Part shown: piece after piece, positions 28,363 through 42,029 of the stretch | Numbering within the stretch: the stretch's first letter is position 1 | How the letters are laid out: every line of letters starts with the position of its first letter | NCBI GenBank assembly: GCA_012295275.1 | Contig: CM022677.1 | Span: 9,300,001-9,364,000 of the forward strand | DNA: 64,000 nucleotides | Origin: Chrysomallon squamiferum | Taxonomy: Eukaryota; Animalia; Mollusca | Direction: 5' to 3' | The notes under the pieces: model-generated | Database searches by the model: none | Seen by the model: only the letters and a program-made list of their open reading frames with translations | What the model was told of the DNA's origin: nothing | Translations under genes and position numbers: made by a program

Positions 28363-28883
28363 CCCTCTAACATTGTAAACAAATTCTGAGTGCTGTGATA
28401 ATGAACCTACCACACTGAAAGTATGATATTGAGATTTTACAAAAAAAATATATATAAAAAAGGTAAAAGAGTTATTCCATAAAGTGAGACCAGAGTTTTG
28501 AGATTTTATAAGTAATAAAATATTTAAAGAATACTTTGGAATGTTTTAGATTTTTGAATATTTCATATATTGCTTTTACAAACTTTCATATAATACTTGT
28601 GATAGTCCAAAAACTGTAAGATATTACTAAATCTGCTCCTAGATAATAACTTGGGATTTCAGAATTTTGGATAAGAATCCTCAACCTGTACTAACAAGAA
28701 ATCAAACCTACTGAAGTGACTTTTGAAGTGACTATTCTTAGTATTAGTTGAACCTATTATGTTAGTTGATTTGTTTAAACTAAAATATTTCTTGAACAGA
28801 ATTAAGTTTTTATTTTCTGAATATTGTTGGGTAGTCTCAATATTTTTTTAATATTAATTATACCTAATTTATAAACATGAAAA

Positions 28884-28922
<39 letters not shown>

Positions 28923-30430
28923 ACTAATTAAAAATAACATAAATAAAACATTTTTAGAAATCCCCACAGAAGTGTGCTTTCAGGGGTTTATCCAACTTGC
29001 CTTTGAATCATTTATAAATTATTCAAATCAAAATAAAATTAAACTAAGTGAAAAACTCTTGAAAAAAAAGATAAAAAACCCAAACTAATATTTAAATTTT
29101 TTAGAAATAAAATGAAAAAGTAATAATAACTGACACTATATAATCAATTAATACTCACTAGTTAAATAATATTCCATATAAATTATTCTATTCAGGCACC
29201 TGGCAAGTACTTGAACCTTTTACAATTGGCAGTAACCATGGACTCAAAACACAGAATGTTAAGAAATCAAACACTCTTTTTATATTACTGTATTTCTGTA
29301 AACCAGTCATAAAATAATATAATTTTCCATGATCATGTGTAGTTATTAAGCAAATATTTAGCTTATGAAATCACAAATTTGGAAACATTTTATTTTATCT
29401 TCTTATCATGTCTTGAAATATAGCTCATGAAAATCACTAATTTAGATATCATTTCATAATTCTTACCAAGTTATGAAAGGAAAATCACAAATATAGAAAT
29501 ATTTCACAATATTCTACCTTATTTGAAATGAGAATACATTCAGAAAGAGTATATAGTAACTGTCACTGTTGCATAAAATATTGTATTAATATTTAGGTTA
29601 AACATCAGGTAAAAGGTGACATGTGGAAATGAACCAAGTTTCATTGATCTATCAAACAATATCTGTGTGTCAATGAGTCAGTGGCTTTGTCAAAATCAAT
29701 AGTGCCACAAAAAGAAGAAACCTTCAAGGTAAGTTCAGACTCTTGTCTAAGTAGAATATGAATGAATGAATGATGTTCTGCTTAGGCAACAAACATGCAA
29801 TGCTCTACAACTGTCATAAACTTATCATTAAAATAGAATCTCAGTATCTGCTTTTCACCATTGTTATCTTTCAGAGAAAACAAGCTGCCAAGTCTGATAC
29901 CAAGGGAGCTGAGGATTGATTGTATTACCTCCAGTAAGAATGCTACCTGAGAGCTACAGCTGGTTCTTTTCATTAGAAGCATTGTGTGACACTCACTGAA
30001 ACATAACAATGTCTTAGTCATGCTCAAACTGAGAGACAGGAAGTAATCAAATTATATTAAGAAAATAACTTTCAATCGCTAAAATTTTCAAACTGTTGGA
30101 TCAAAAGATTATCTAGCTTATTGCATTAAAAAAATATATGTTTACTACATCAAAATTTTAATGCTATGCTGTCATGTACAAGAAAAGTATTAAGTGTTAA
30201 AATTACTATTATCTAGCATTAACTGAATCGTCACATTATTTCTCAAATATCCAGGCAAAAGATTTATCAACTTGAAAACTCAAGTACGTCAATATAACTG
30301 CAGAGTCTGAAGATGAATTATAATAATTACACCATCATCATGTGACTAAAAACTTCCTTTGAAACACACTTCTAAAATTCCTCCTGAGCAAAAAAAAAAA
30401 TTTATATTAAATTTATATCACATCACGTAC

Positions 30431-31169
30431 CATCAATACATTTTTTCTCAATGGAATCCCAGTGTGAAAGCAGTAATATGACTTTGGCTGATTTCTGTCT
30501 GCTTGTTGAAGAAACAATTTTATCTTTCACATAAACATCAACAGGAATAATGGATCCACTTTCAATAATATCATGAACTACATTTGCAATACTTTGCCGT
30601 TTTAAATTATGTGGATAAAAGTCAAGTATTTGGTTGGCTTCATCTGAATGATGGTATTGTTTTTCTTGTATATTCCTGTTTTCTGCTGGATCATTCAGTC
30701 TCAGTAAATCAGACTCTGTAACTGTCTGATCACTAGAAAAGCTAACATCTGAAGAATCAATTTGTCTTCTACTGCCAGGTTCAGTTTCAGCTACATCAAA
30801 TCCAGAAGAAAATTTAATTTGTGAATTATTAATTAACTTAACAATTTCAAACATTTTTTCATTTTTGTTTGAAACAGCATCAACTAAATCAACTACATTT
30901 GATTTGTTGTCCTCTGCCTGAGATGAACTTGAATCTAAAACCACTGTAATTTCATCACTTAGCTTTGATCTATGACATAAATCATCATCTTCTACACAGC
31001 AGCTTTTTAATTCTTCTGTGAGATTTTGTGATTTTGTAGTTTCTAAAGTAACAAGAGGTCCTGACATTACTTCTGAAAATCTTTCACTTCTCCTATCAGT
31101 GGCAGATCCTACCACCACAGACAGAATGTCAGTATTTGAAACTGTTTGTTTTTCTATCGTTTTGGCCAT
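30431..31169 (-). CDS. Alternative first coding exon of the ARM-TIR-SAM gene (246-aa acidic/Ser-rich N-terminus; 898-aa isoform)
   Basis: The longest ORF in the window, in AT-rich surroundings. It ends at GAT G|gtacgt, a phase-1 donor compatible with the phase-1 acceptor at 25829. Confidence 0.72.
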
Positions 31170-32191
31170 AGAGAAAAATACATATAGTTATTGGGACAGC
31201 TGTTTCATGTCAAGCTTCAGTGATCTTTGCAAACTATTATGCCAATGCACAATACAGTATATATATACATATATATATATTATGAAAATGTATTGTTTAT
31301 GTCACTGAACTCACTCAAAACCATTAGACAGTCTAATAAACTACTCCAGTAAAAGCAAGTTCCTGTAGAAAAAACTTGTTAAGTACACAAACATTGATCC
31401 CAAAAAACAACTCTCCTCTCAAAATTTCAGGAAAAACTATTTATTTAACTTTTCCATAAAAAAACACTCAGATAACTCTAGCAATGAGCAGACTTGCAGA
31501 CTATTAACCACTTGTTGACAAATACATTCCACACTGCTTCAAAACATGACTTGAATCAACCAAGCAAACAAATACTATAAAGTCTATCTGACAAGCCCTG
31601 TTTGTACAAAATGACACACAATTATTCCAACAGCTTAACAAATTATGAAAATATTACCATCAATTAACATGAATTGCCTAAGTGTACATTAAAGAGACAA
31701 ACACTAGAGTATTTTGTTGACTGACTAAAATATCAGCCAGAATAAACAGCATATTCCCCCAGAGTCTCACCTTTGTTGAGATGTACACTACGTCCATTAT
31801 CAGTGTCCAGCAATTTATGATTGTCAGAAATATAGCTCTATGTAGTAATATGATCACAATCCCTAGACCATTCATACCATCAAGGGAAAACAATAACTGC
31901 AAGTTTTATAAGCCATCACCACAGAAATGATTGACAACTGGAAATAAGCCAATTCCTATACCAGCTGTTGGTGTCAAAACTAACTATGTTCCAATGAACA
32001 GCCTTTGTTTAGTAAATTCAAACAAAATATAACTAGTATTATGGAAATAATCAATTTGTTATTTGCTTTAGTGATACACATATTTTACACACACATATAC
32101 AAACATACAAAATCACAAGCAAAAGATGTATGTGTGTATGAATGTGTGTGTATGTGTATGTGTAAGTTTTGTGTGTGTGTGTTTTGGCATG

Positions 32192-32243
<52 letters not shown>

Positions 32244-35126
32244 CACACACAAACACACAGACATATATATATATTTCATTATCAAAAATTGCATTGATTA
32301 ATCATTAAAAAAAACTTTAACATAAATAAATAATAAAGAAAATGTTTTATAATAAATCAAGATTTTCAATTTTTTTATAGAATGGTTTATAGAATGCACA
32401 CACACATACGCACACATACACATACACACACAGACATACATATATATATATTTTAAATACATCACACACACTAATATTTGCACACAGAAATACACACACT
32501 ATTTTAAAAACAGCACCTCTTGCTCTATTGCATTCTCTGAAGATATATCCAAACATTCCAGGTTTCCATGAGCACAATTCAGTAATGATGGATACAAAAA
32601 GTAAAAACAATATTTGTACAGCACACCATTGAAGAATCATAATCATCCTCACAAGATACTCAAAAACTCTCCTAGAAATATTTATATATATTTTTTTTTT
32701 TTTTCAAAATTTATAATTTTCATTTTTAAAAAACTTTTCACATTTTATTCATGTATTAATTAACCATATAGAAGTTGCTATGGAAAGGGAGTGCACATCA
32801 ATCAAATATTTTCTCCAAGGGATACCATTAGAAAAAGTTTAAAAACTTCTGCTCAGCAGGGATCACTTATTCCTATCTCCTTGGGTGAGATACTTGAAAT
32901 TATGTACAAGCTAATTTATCATCTTCCTGAAAATGCTCTACAAAAATATTGAATTCAATAAGGCATCTGAAAAGGACTATGAAATACTGTCAATAAATCT
33001 GAATAAAGACATCTTATCTGTGAAAAGATAAGTCTCAATGATTTTTTATATCATAACTAAGAGATAAAGGCAATATAAATAAAACATTACACATCCTGCT
33101 CATTTGTTCTGGCAGACAGCATAACAAGATGAATTGGTTATTAACTACAAGAGGAAAATTATTAATATTTGCAATGAATGACCTAAATTCTAAGTCATGT
33201 AAGTGACCCCCAGGGATGTATGGTTTGCTGTGAAATAGTTTCAATATCACATCCTGCTGATCAATGAAGTACATAAAAACAAGACTACATTATTTTATCA
33301 GTTTTAATATCAAACAGATTAGCAGACATCAAGACTCTGTTTCATCTGTATAAGTAAAATTTACGTGTTTACCTTATATAAACTACAATGGTTGTGTGGA
33401 AACACAATTTTGGAAATCAAATTATTGTTTATGTAGTCTTTTGACATCGGTTTTGACGTCAACATTTAGTAACGTTAAGACTATATGCTTACCTCAAAAC
33501 CAAGGTCAAAGTAAGGATTATAGGCATGCCCTATAGCAAATATATATCATGAATTAGGGCCTTTAGTCTTCAGTTGCAGCTCAATAGCTTTTGCTTTGAG
33601 ATTGTGTGCTTCCATTATTTTATAGTGTTGATGCTTTTATGTGCATATTTTTTATTATATCCTATCCAATATGGTGCCCAAGAAAACAAAAAGTGAAAGC
33701 AATAATGCTGGTGGAAAGTATATATGTATAGCATAGAGGTTAAGAAAGAAATAACTGCAAAACATGAAAGTGGATTAGTGTGTCTGACACACTTTGGTTT
33801 ATGTACAGTTCGGTTTACGAATCAAGTTCTGGAATGAATCAAGTTCATAACTTGAAGATCCTCTGTACAGGTAAAAATGAATGCAATAATACCCATTAAA
33901 ATCAAAGCAAATGCAATATATTTATATGCTATGTTATTATTCCGTAATTTATAATAATATTTTCATTTAATATATATTCATGTTATCATTTCCATAAATA
34001 AGCTGGTTGGACTGATAACAAAACATTTTATTCTTCAAATATACAATGTGCCAATTTCTAAATAAATATCTTTTAACACAGACGTTTTTATCACATAATG
34101 TGCACATCTAACTTTTATCATCATTCCAACAAAGTGAAAACTTTGCCATTTTATAAATAATTAGTTTGCTTATAATTACAGGTCTTATTAATATTCAGAA
34201 TATTCAAAACCATATACTCTGTAATTAAACATTTTTGTACAAACTGAATCAACATTATTCTGTGGATTCTTTTCTTCAAAGTCTTATTCTTGCTTTTCCC
34301 TTTCAAAGAGTCATTTATTATTTTATTACATTACCAACACAGTCACATCTGACCTTTCAAAATACCATGTACTTGCAAAATATTTCTCAATAATGACATA
34401 ACAACACAGAAATATTCACAATTTAACAATTACCCAAAAATTTCCCTTTGTAAGTTAGCATAATTATGTCAAATAACACACATGCAAAGACATAATTAAC
34501 TGTTCTAATTCAGTCCTGTAGGTTTTTTTAATTTATCCAGAACTGAACATTTATTTTTTAAATTTCAACTAATCTTTTCCCATGAATTAAAAAATAAAAA
34601 TGCTTTGATGTTATACATTAATAACAATTAGTAAATTAATAAATCCATTTCAAAAAAATAATATTCAAAAAGAATGAGTTATTTTGGAAAGACAAAGCTT
34701 TTTTATTAATAAATAGAAATGAATATTTCTCAAAATATAGAAAATTCATCCTTAGCAGCTAACTTAATAAATACACTTACAGAATTCTGAAGTTTATGTT
34801 TGAAGATCAGTCCTAGGCTTAAAAAAATATTCATCATGTAAAGTATTTAATAATTTAAGTAATTCTGAACAGTTAGGTTTAACAAAACTACTAATTAGAA
34901 AAGATGATGATTTTGCTATTTTATTAGCAAAATATCAAAGTTTATTTTATTTCTTTATGTTTTTTAATGGCTTGTCTGAGCTATTCCAATCACTTTAACC
35001 CTTCAAAACTTTAGATTTTGAGCATTAAATCATTAACCTACCACCCATTTGTACATTTGGGAAAGATATATATGTTTTGAAATAGTTATGTAAACAAGAT
35101 AATAATGTTGATAATAACCTACTTAC

Positions 35127-35160
35127 CCTGTAAGGCACTGTCTGAGAATGAATCACTCAT
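35127..35160 (-). CDS. Alternative short first coding exon of the ARM-TIR-SAM gene (MSDSFSDSALQ; 663-aa isoform)
   Basis: ATG at 35160 followed by 11 codons plus G, then a consensus donor CAGG|gtaagtag in phase 1, matching the acceptor at 25829. Confidence 0.6.
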
Positions 35161-35797
35161 GATGAATTATCCACTAACACAACAGATTTTCTAGCACTGT
35201 GATATACTTAACTAACTACTTTAAACATCTATGAATACTTTTTCACATAAGTAAAAACTAGTAAAATGATAAAAAGTATTTCTAATCAAATACAGTTCAT
35301 CATTTAACATCCTAACACAAACAGGTATCCAAATACATATCTCAAATGTATGATATAAATTTCTATCAGTTTATAAATAAATATATTAAATAAATCTGTG
35401 GCAGATTACAAACAATGATAGATGCCTGGCAGCCAATTCTGAGCTGATAGCAAACTGAAGAATGGCTCAGGTTTTACAACAGCATTTAGAGAATTAATAT
35501 CCAATCTGTTTCATTGATAAACTGCAAGCTAGTCACGTCCACTCGGCACATCTCACATTCCTCAGAGAGACCTAACTGATGATGCTGCAAACATTTCATA
35601 CGTACTTGTGAAATCCAAGTAAAAAAAAGAAATCCCAGAATATTTAATCCTCAGTCTTATTATATTATTTTAATAAACTTAGCTGTTGATAATTCCTGTA
35701 TTGATTAATTTAAATTATTTTAATTGTAAACATTCTCATGATTACATTAATTAAATAAACATAGCTAATGCTTGTATTAGTTAATTGTAATATGCTT

Positions 35798-36266
35798 TAT
35801 ATGTAAACGTTTCACATAAAATGATTTCATTATTAAAATAAACTTAGCTATCACTGAAATTACTGTATTAATTAATAGTATTTTATTTCCAAATATTTCA
35901 CATGAACTAATGATATCAGTATTTAATTTGAAAATATGTTAACCAATTTGCACTTTCTTATAAAGAAGATAAAAAATAAATCATAAATTTCCCTGGAAAT
36001 TAATAACTTAATGGTGATGATAAATAAATCTCAGCTCATCTTAATGATTCCTTATATGTAAACATTTCACATATAATACTTTCATTATTAAAATAAACTT
36101 AGCTATCACTGGAATTACTGTATTAATTAATAGTATTTTATATGTTAAAAATATGTTAACCAATTTGCACTCTTATAAAGAAGAAAAATGTAAATCATAA
36201 ATTACCCTTGAAATTAATAACTTAATGCTGATGATAAATATCTCTTGGCTCATCTTAATGATTCCT
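35798..36266. repeat. Local tandem duplication (~215-255 bp)
   Basis: tatatgtaaac..aaataaacttagctatcactg..aaaatatgttaaccaatttgcac..gctcatcttaatgattcct occurs at 35798-36052 and 36053-36266. Confidence 0.88.
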
Positions 36267-37142
36267 GACTGTCAGACTTGGTTCAGTCTGTTTGACTTTT
36301 GGCTTTTTAAGGAAATAAGAGAAATAAAATCAATAGTTCTGATACTTGTAACATGAAATATGAACAGTAACATTAGAAATCCATTTTAGAAAATAGAGAA
36401 ATAACAATATAATATGTAGTAGTAGTAATAATAATAATAATAATAATAATTGACAGAGCTACATTCTTTTTAGTGAAGGAGTGGGTAGGCTTATAAAATA
36501 TGGCATAAAACCAGTTTAGGATAAAATATTAATAAAGTGAAAACAACATTTAGTATTCTTGAGACAAATCCCAGAATTGCATTGTTATCATTATTAATTC
36601 TCAAAAGGACCATTAACAAGCAACACTACAGCCGAAAATGTTGTCAGTAATTGTTGATGAAAACTGACATGGATAAGACAAAGGCAAATCAGGCTCTAGG
36701 TCTGAACATTTATTTTTTGAAAATCTCACCCAATCTAGTTCTATGAATTAAAAAAAAATGAAAATAATTTTGATCCTGATAATAATCAGTAATTTAATTT
36801 TAAAAAAAAGGTTGTGAAAAATAAAATATATAAAGAATGTGAAGTTATTTTGGAATGAAATTAGAATTATTATTATTATTATTTTTTTATTTCTTAATAT
36901 TTTTTTTTATAATAGAAATAAGTACTTCCCCAAAAAAGAAATGCAGCCTTAAAGATAGCTATGATTATTTTATTACACAAATATAAACTTGTAATGAAAC
37001 ATATCTAAGTTTAATGTTTATAATTTTTAAATTATTCATAAAATGTTTTCATAGTTTTGGACAACAGCAGTTTTGCAGATGTCAGTAATAATTATAATCA
37101 TACTGAGTAATTCATGGCTAAATGCATGTCTCTGAAGATAAA

Positions 37143-37620
37143 TGTAAAGCAATTATCAAAAATCACTGATGGCAGAATTCTCTAAATCTGGGCATTCCCT
37201 TTAATCATGCTTATTACTGCTTACGTCAAACATTAACTGTCATCTGATAAGTAAATATAGATAGATAAATAGATAGATAAAAAAATAAATATAGATAGAA
37301 TAATACAAAAAATAAAAATACATGTAACAGACAAAAAATAAATATTGATAAATAAACAGTAAATAAGTGTAGATAAATAAATAAATAAATATATAGGAAA
37401 ATATAGAAAAATAAATAAATACAGATAGATAAAAAGAGAGAAAAATAAATATGTATCAATATAGATAAAAAAATAAATAACATTTATTGTAAAGCAATTA
37501 TCAAAAATCACTGATGGGCAGAATTCTCTAAATCTGGGCATTCCCTTTAATCATGCTTATTACTGCTTACGTCAAACATTAACTGTCATTTGATAAGTAA
37601 ACATAGATAGATAGATAAAT
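37143..37620. repeat. ~120-bp near-identical direct duplication separated by low-complexity DNA
   Basis: tgtaaagcaattatcaaaaatcactgatg..cttacgtcaaacattaactgtcat..gataagtaaa at 37143-37265 and 37488-37612. Confidence 0.92.
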
Positions 37621-39570
37621 AGAAAATAAATAAATGTAGAAGATAGATAATTAAATATAGATACATAATAGATAGATAGATAGATAGGTAAATAAAAGAG
37701 ATAAATAAATGAAAGCAATATATCAACATAGTTCAAAACAAACATAATAAATTAATTAATTAATAAATAAAGAGATTAGCTAGATTAATAAATGAAGGAG
37801 ACCTTATTAACAAGTCAAAATAACAGGCAGCTCAAAAACAAATCACTAAAATAAATAAATAAATAACTAAATAAATAAATATACAAACAGCAATATACCT
37901 TATTAAGGAGTAGTACATCATCATAGCTAGTTCTGAAACAAATCGCTAGGGAATGAAAATATCAATTTTATTAATTGTGAGTCTCTAGTATCAGCTAATT
38001 TATTAATCATTTTTATCAGTCTGTGTGCCATAAACCACACTGCACATGTAGAACCTTACATAGCAGTTTTATTGATTGCCTTACTTGACTGAAAAACTGT
38101 CCAAAATATTTTTTTTTTTAAATTGTGAGAAAGATGTTAGTTAGGCAAGCATATACTGGTAATAACATAGGCAGAAGCTTTAAAACAGAAATTGTGAATG
38201 ATTTAAAACTTACACAATCAATATGTCTGAATTACATTTGTTTTTTTATTTATGTGTATCTTTTGTTTTCTTTTCTCACTTTAACGATATAGTTTTGTAA
38301 CACCACCAATGTTTGTTACCAAATTAGAAAATCTTTTTCACCATCTAAATTACAGATATAACAAGTAGTCCACAATTCTATCAAAATTGAATTTGTTAGT
38401 AATTATTACTAAATAAACATATAAATTTACAGAAATCTGTGGATTTCTTTTCTTTTCTTTCTTTCTCTTCTTTTTTTAAAATATAATCTCTGCAAAATTA
38501 ATATTAAATATGAAAAAAAAAAAAAAAATTCAAAACTTATGAATAGATAAATATCTTTGTCAAACAAAACAACTTCTAGTTAAAACAATTGTAATCAAAG
38601 AGAAATTTGAAACACTGTGCAACAATACACAACCTTTGGAATAAAAGCTAGCCATAAAGGTTATAACAGATACAAATAACTGGAGATATAAGCAAACTGT
38701 GTATAGGTAGGTGGATATGCACTGGTGTTCATGTGTATGTACATGACAGATGATTATATTTATATATTAAGTAGTTTGTAATCAAACCCACTGTTTTTGT
38801 TTTTTTAGGAACACATAAAATTCTTCATATTTGATTCCATAAAAGCCCAAATTTATATTTATATATATATATATATATATATAAATACACACATTTTCTT
38901 TTATTATTTATAATATCTAAAATATAATATATACTGGACAGTTTGAAGTGAAAGTTTGCACCTACCTCTAATAAAAACTGGCATATCCAATTTACCACAT
39001 AAAATGAAAATCTACATATATCTGATAGTTTTCCCAACACATCAACACATGTGCATAATTTCAAAATGCCAACATGACTGCTTGCAATCCAGATTGATTA
39101 AAAAAAAAAAAAAAAAAAAGCCAGGATAGAGAAGCAGACTCCTGTAGATGGCTATTTCTCCAAGGCCTGTTAACTGGTATTGATTAACATACTGAAAGAC
39201 CTAGAAATGGAGCTCTGCAGGCTAGATTCTGACATACATGTAGGAAAAGTAATAATTCAGATGCAGTAATGGTATCATTGTTCCCATACAAGTGCAATGA
39301 CCATAATTTCTTCCATAGGGAGATTTGATGATAACAGATGCTCTGATATAATCAGACTGATGTATTAAATTATTGTCTTTGATACTGATCATAAAATGCA
39401 TGAATGACTTGGAAGAGTGACACTATGTGTGTGAATGTATGTGTTGTGAAAATATGATAAATTATATAATATTATTTGTGTGGTAATTAAAAAATAGAGT
39501 GAAAGATAATTATTATCTGCAAATATCTATATCAGTGATTAAACAAAAACAACCAAAAGAAGCTATTATT

Positions 39571-39573
<3 letters not shown>

Positions 39574-39620
<47 letters not shown>
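39574..39620. repeat. (AC)n microsatellite
   Basis: Seen directly. Confidence 0.95.
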
Positions 39621-39621
<1 letters not shown>

Positions 39622-40402
39622 TTTTTTCTCTCTTCCTTCACAGTAGTAATCTCACTGGATTAATATCTGAATTCATTGATTTACAGGTTGGTAGAATATG
39701 AACTAACAATGATATGGTATTATAATAAACATAAAAGCGAGTGACAAATTCATCCTCAAAGAAATTCTTTTAAAAATAGGATAGAAAGCCTTTCTGTTGT
39801 TTATTTTTCATTTTAAAAAGTTTTTTGTATAAACTCTACAATTAATTTCACTGATTTATAATTTGCAAATAGATTCCTCCATAGAACAATGGCAAAGTCA
39901 GATATTATCCATGCCCATGAGAGGTATATTTGAAAAGTTCTTTCACTGAAGTATGATAAAGAATGTCTCAGTCAGCTGGATTACATTTCACATAATATTC
40001 CACATTCAGTACATATTCACACCTAATTGAGAGAGACTTGATCAACCTCTCTAGCTCTTTTTCTCTGTTTTAAATCTTTTCTATCAATTTTATTTTAACT
40101 TGGGTTTCTATATAAATTCTGAATTAATAAAAATATTGTTACTAGATAAAGCATTCTTACAACACAACTATGCTACAGCTGCAGTACATCCTATTTACAA
40201 TGACCACTATAACCTTAACTTGGTAGTTTGTACATCATCATGTTATTAATTCAAATGAATTTTTGATAAGATAACATACAATACGTGTTGTTTAAAAGCA
40301 CAGTAAAATATTTGCAAATATAATTATAAAAAATAAACATACTGTAACAACTAAATGTCTATCATAACTGGACATCAGTTGGAAACCAAAATGTAGGGTT
40401 AT

Positions 40403-40404
<2 letters not shown>

Positions 40405-40469
<65 letters not shown>
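40405..40469. repeat. (GT)n microsatellite
   Basis: Seen directly. Confidence 0.95.
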
Positions 40470-40470
<1 letters not shown>

Positions 40471-41299
40471 TTGTAAACATGTATTGAAACAAGTAACATT
40501 AATTCAAAATATATTTCTATTCTCATAAAACTCATGTCACATTTCAAACCCTTGCCAGTTTATGCAAAATTAGAATGAATTTATAAAATTTCAGTTTTGA
40601 TTACATTCTTCTCATTTGGTCATTTCTTTTTGTAATATGACAAATGTGCCTGAAGGGTCAAAATACATGTATATCATGCAAATAATTTATACACACAAAC
40701 ACACACACATTTTAAAGCTTTTCTTAGAAAATAACAATTTTCATATGCACAACGAATTCAGTTTTCCTTTTTGTTGTTTGTTCCTTTTCATTCTTTAAAA
40801 AAAAAAAAAAAATGTTTTCTTTGTTGCTGCCTTTTATTATTATTTGTTTTGTTTATGTAATGCTAAAGGGAGATAAATAGCAAGACTCGTGTAGCTGAAA
40901 TAAAATTAAGCTACAACGACTGCATTTAAATGCCAGTGTGTCAAGCAGTAGTCACCTTAGCATTTATATTAGGAAAAGAAAAACAGAAAAAACAAAAACT
41001 CTTATAGTCATGTCAAAACTGTAACTGTTAATATTATATTTATTATATATTATACTACCGTCAAGTTACAAACATTTTTAGCAAGTTATTCTAATATGAA
41101 AATATTCAATTTTTCTATTTTATATCTTTATAATGATATTGATTTATTAAAATCAGAATTCTAGCACATGTCTACAAACATCTTACCATATTGTGGGGTT
41201 TTGTTTTGTTTTGCTGTAGCCTTCTTGTTACCTGTTGTCAACGGGTGCTCGATCAAGCCGATGGAAATGGCAAACATCAACAAATCAATAGTCGTCTGC

Positions 41300-41357
41300 T
41301 ATTGTAATTTTTCCCATGCATATTTGTTGGTGGTAAATGTATTCCTACAGCGATATT

Positions 41358-41410
<53 letters not shown>

Positions 41411-41740
41411 TTAAAATAATAATAATAATAATTACAGTTATAATAATTCCTTTGGCAATGAAAAATTAATAAGTTGCACTCTACTGACTGGTTTTAGGCA
41501 AATGTATAATAACCGGTTTATCTTTGCGTAACATTCAAGCCTAAAATGGGGATTACTTAGACGGAAGAGTTTCATGCGATTTGTCCAGACCAAAATCTAA
41601 ATGTGTTTAAATTCAACATTTTAAAAAAATATATTATTATTATTATTATTATTAACATTATCAGTATTATTATTATTATTAAATATCGCAATAAGAATAC
41701 ATTTACGCACCAACAAACATGCATGGGAAAAATTGCAATA
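41300..41740. mobile_element. Putative MITE/foldback element with ~60-bp imperfect terminal inverted repeats
   Basis: tattgtaatttttcccatgcatatttgttggtggtaaatgtattc..gcgatattt (41300-41359) is the reverse complement of aaatatcgc..gaatacatttacgcaccaacaaacatgcatgggaaaaattgcaata (41681-41740). Inner (AAT)n and (TTA)n tracts extend the stem. Confidence 0.55.
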
Positions 41741-41979
41741 TTTTTATTGCGCATTTTTAATTATTTTATGATATGGTATATATGTACTAAAGTATCGATA
41801 TTTTTCTTCGCGTGGTTTGCAACTTATCATTCGCTGATAAAAAGTGGGTTTTTGGGGGGGGTTAAAAGCATATATATTTGTTCAAATTGTGTCGTGATAT
41901 ATATATATACATACGCCGAACAAATATCACAATGACACAAGCTGAACAAAAAGAAAAACAAGTCGAAATCAGAGAGAGA

Positions 41980-42029
<50 letters not shown>

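Noticed and set aside
29782-30027. 81-aa minus-strand ORF in the TIR gene intron
   Set aside because: No recognisable motif and no phase-compatible donor identified.
33493-33530. Good minus-strand donor GAG|gtaagc as another TIR first coding exon
   Set aside because: The ATG frame ends in phase 2 and the phase-1 frame has a stop; at most a non-coding exon.
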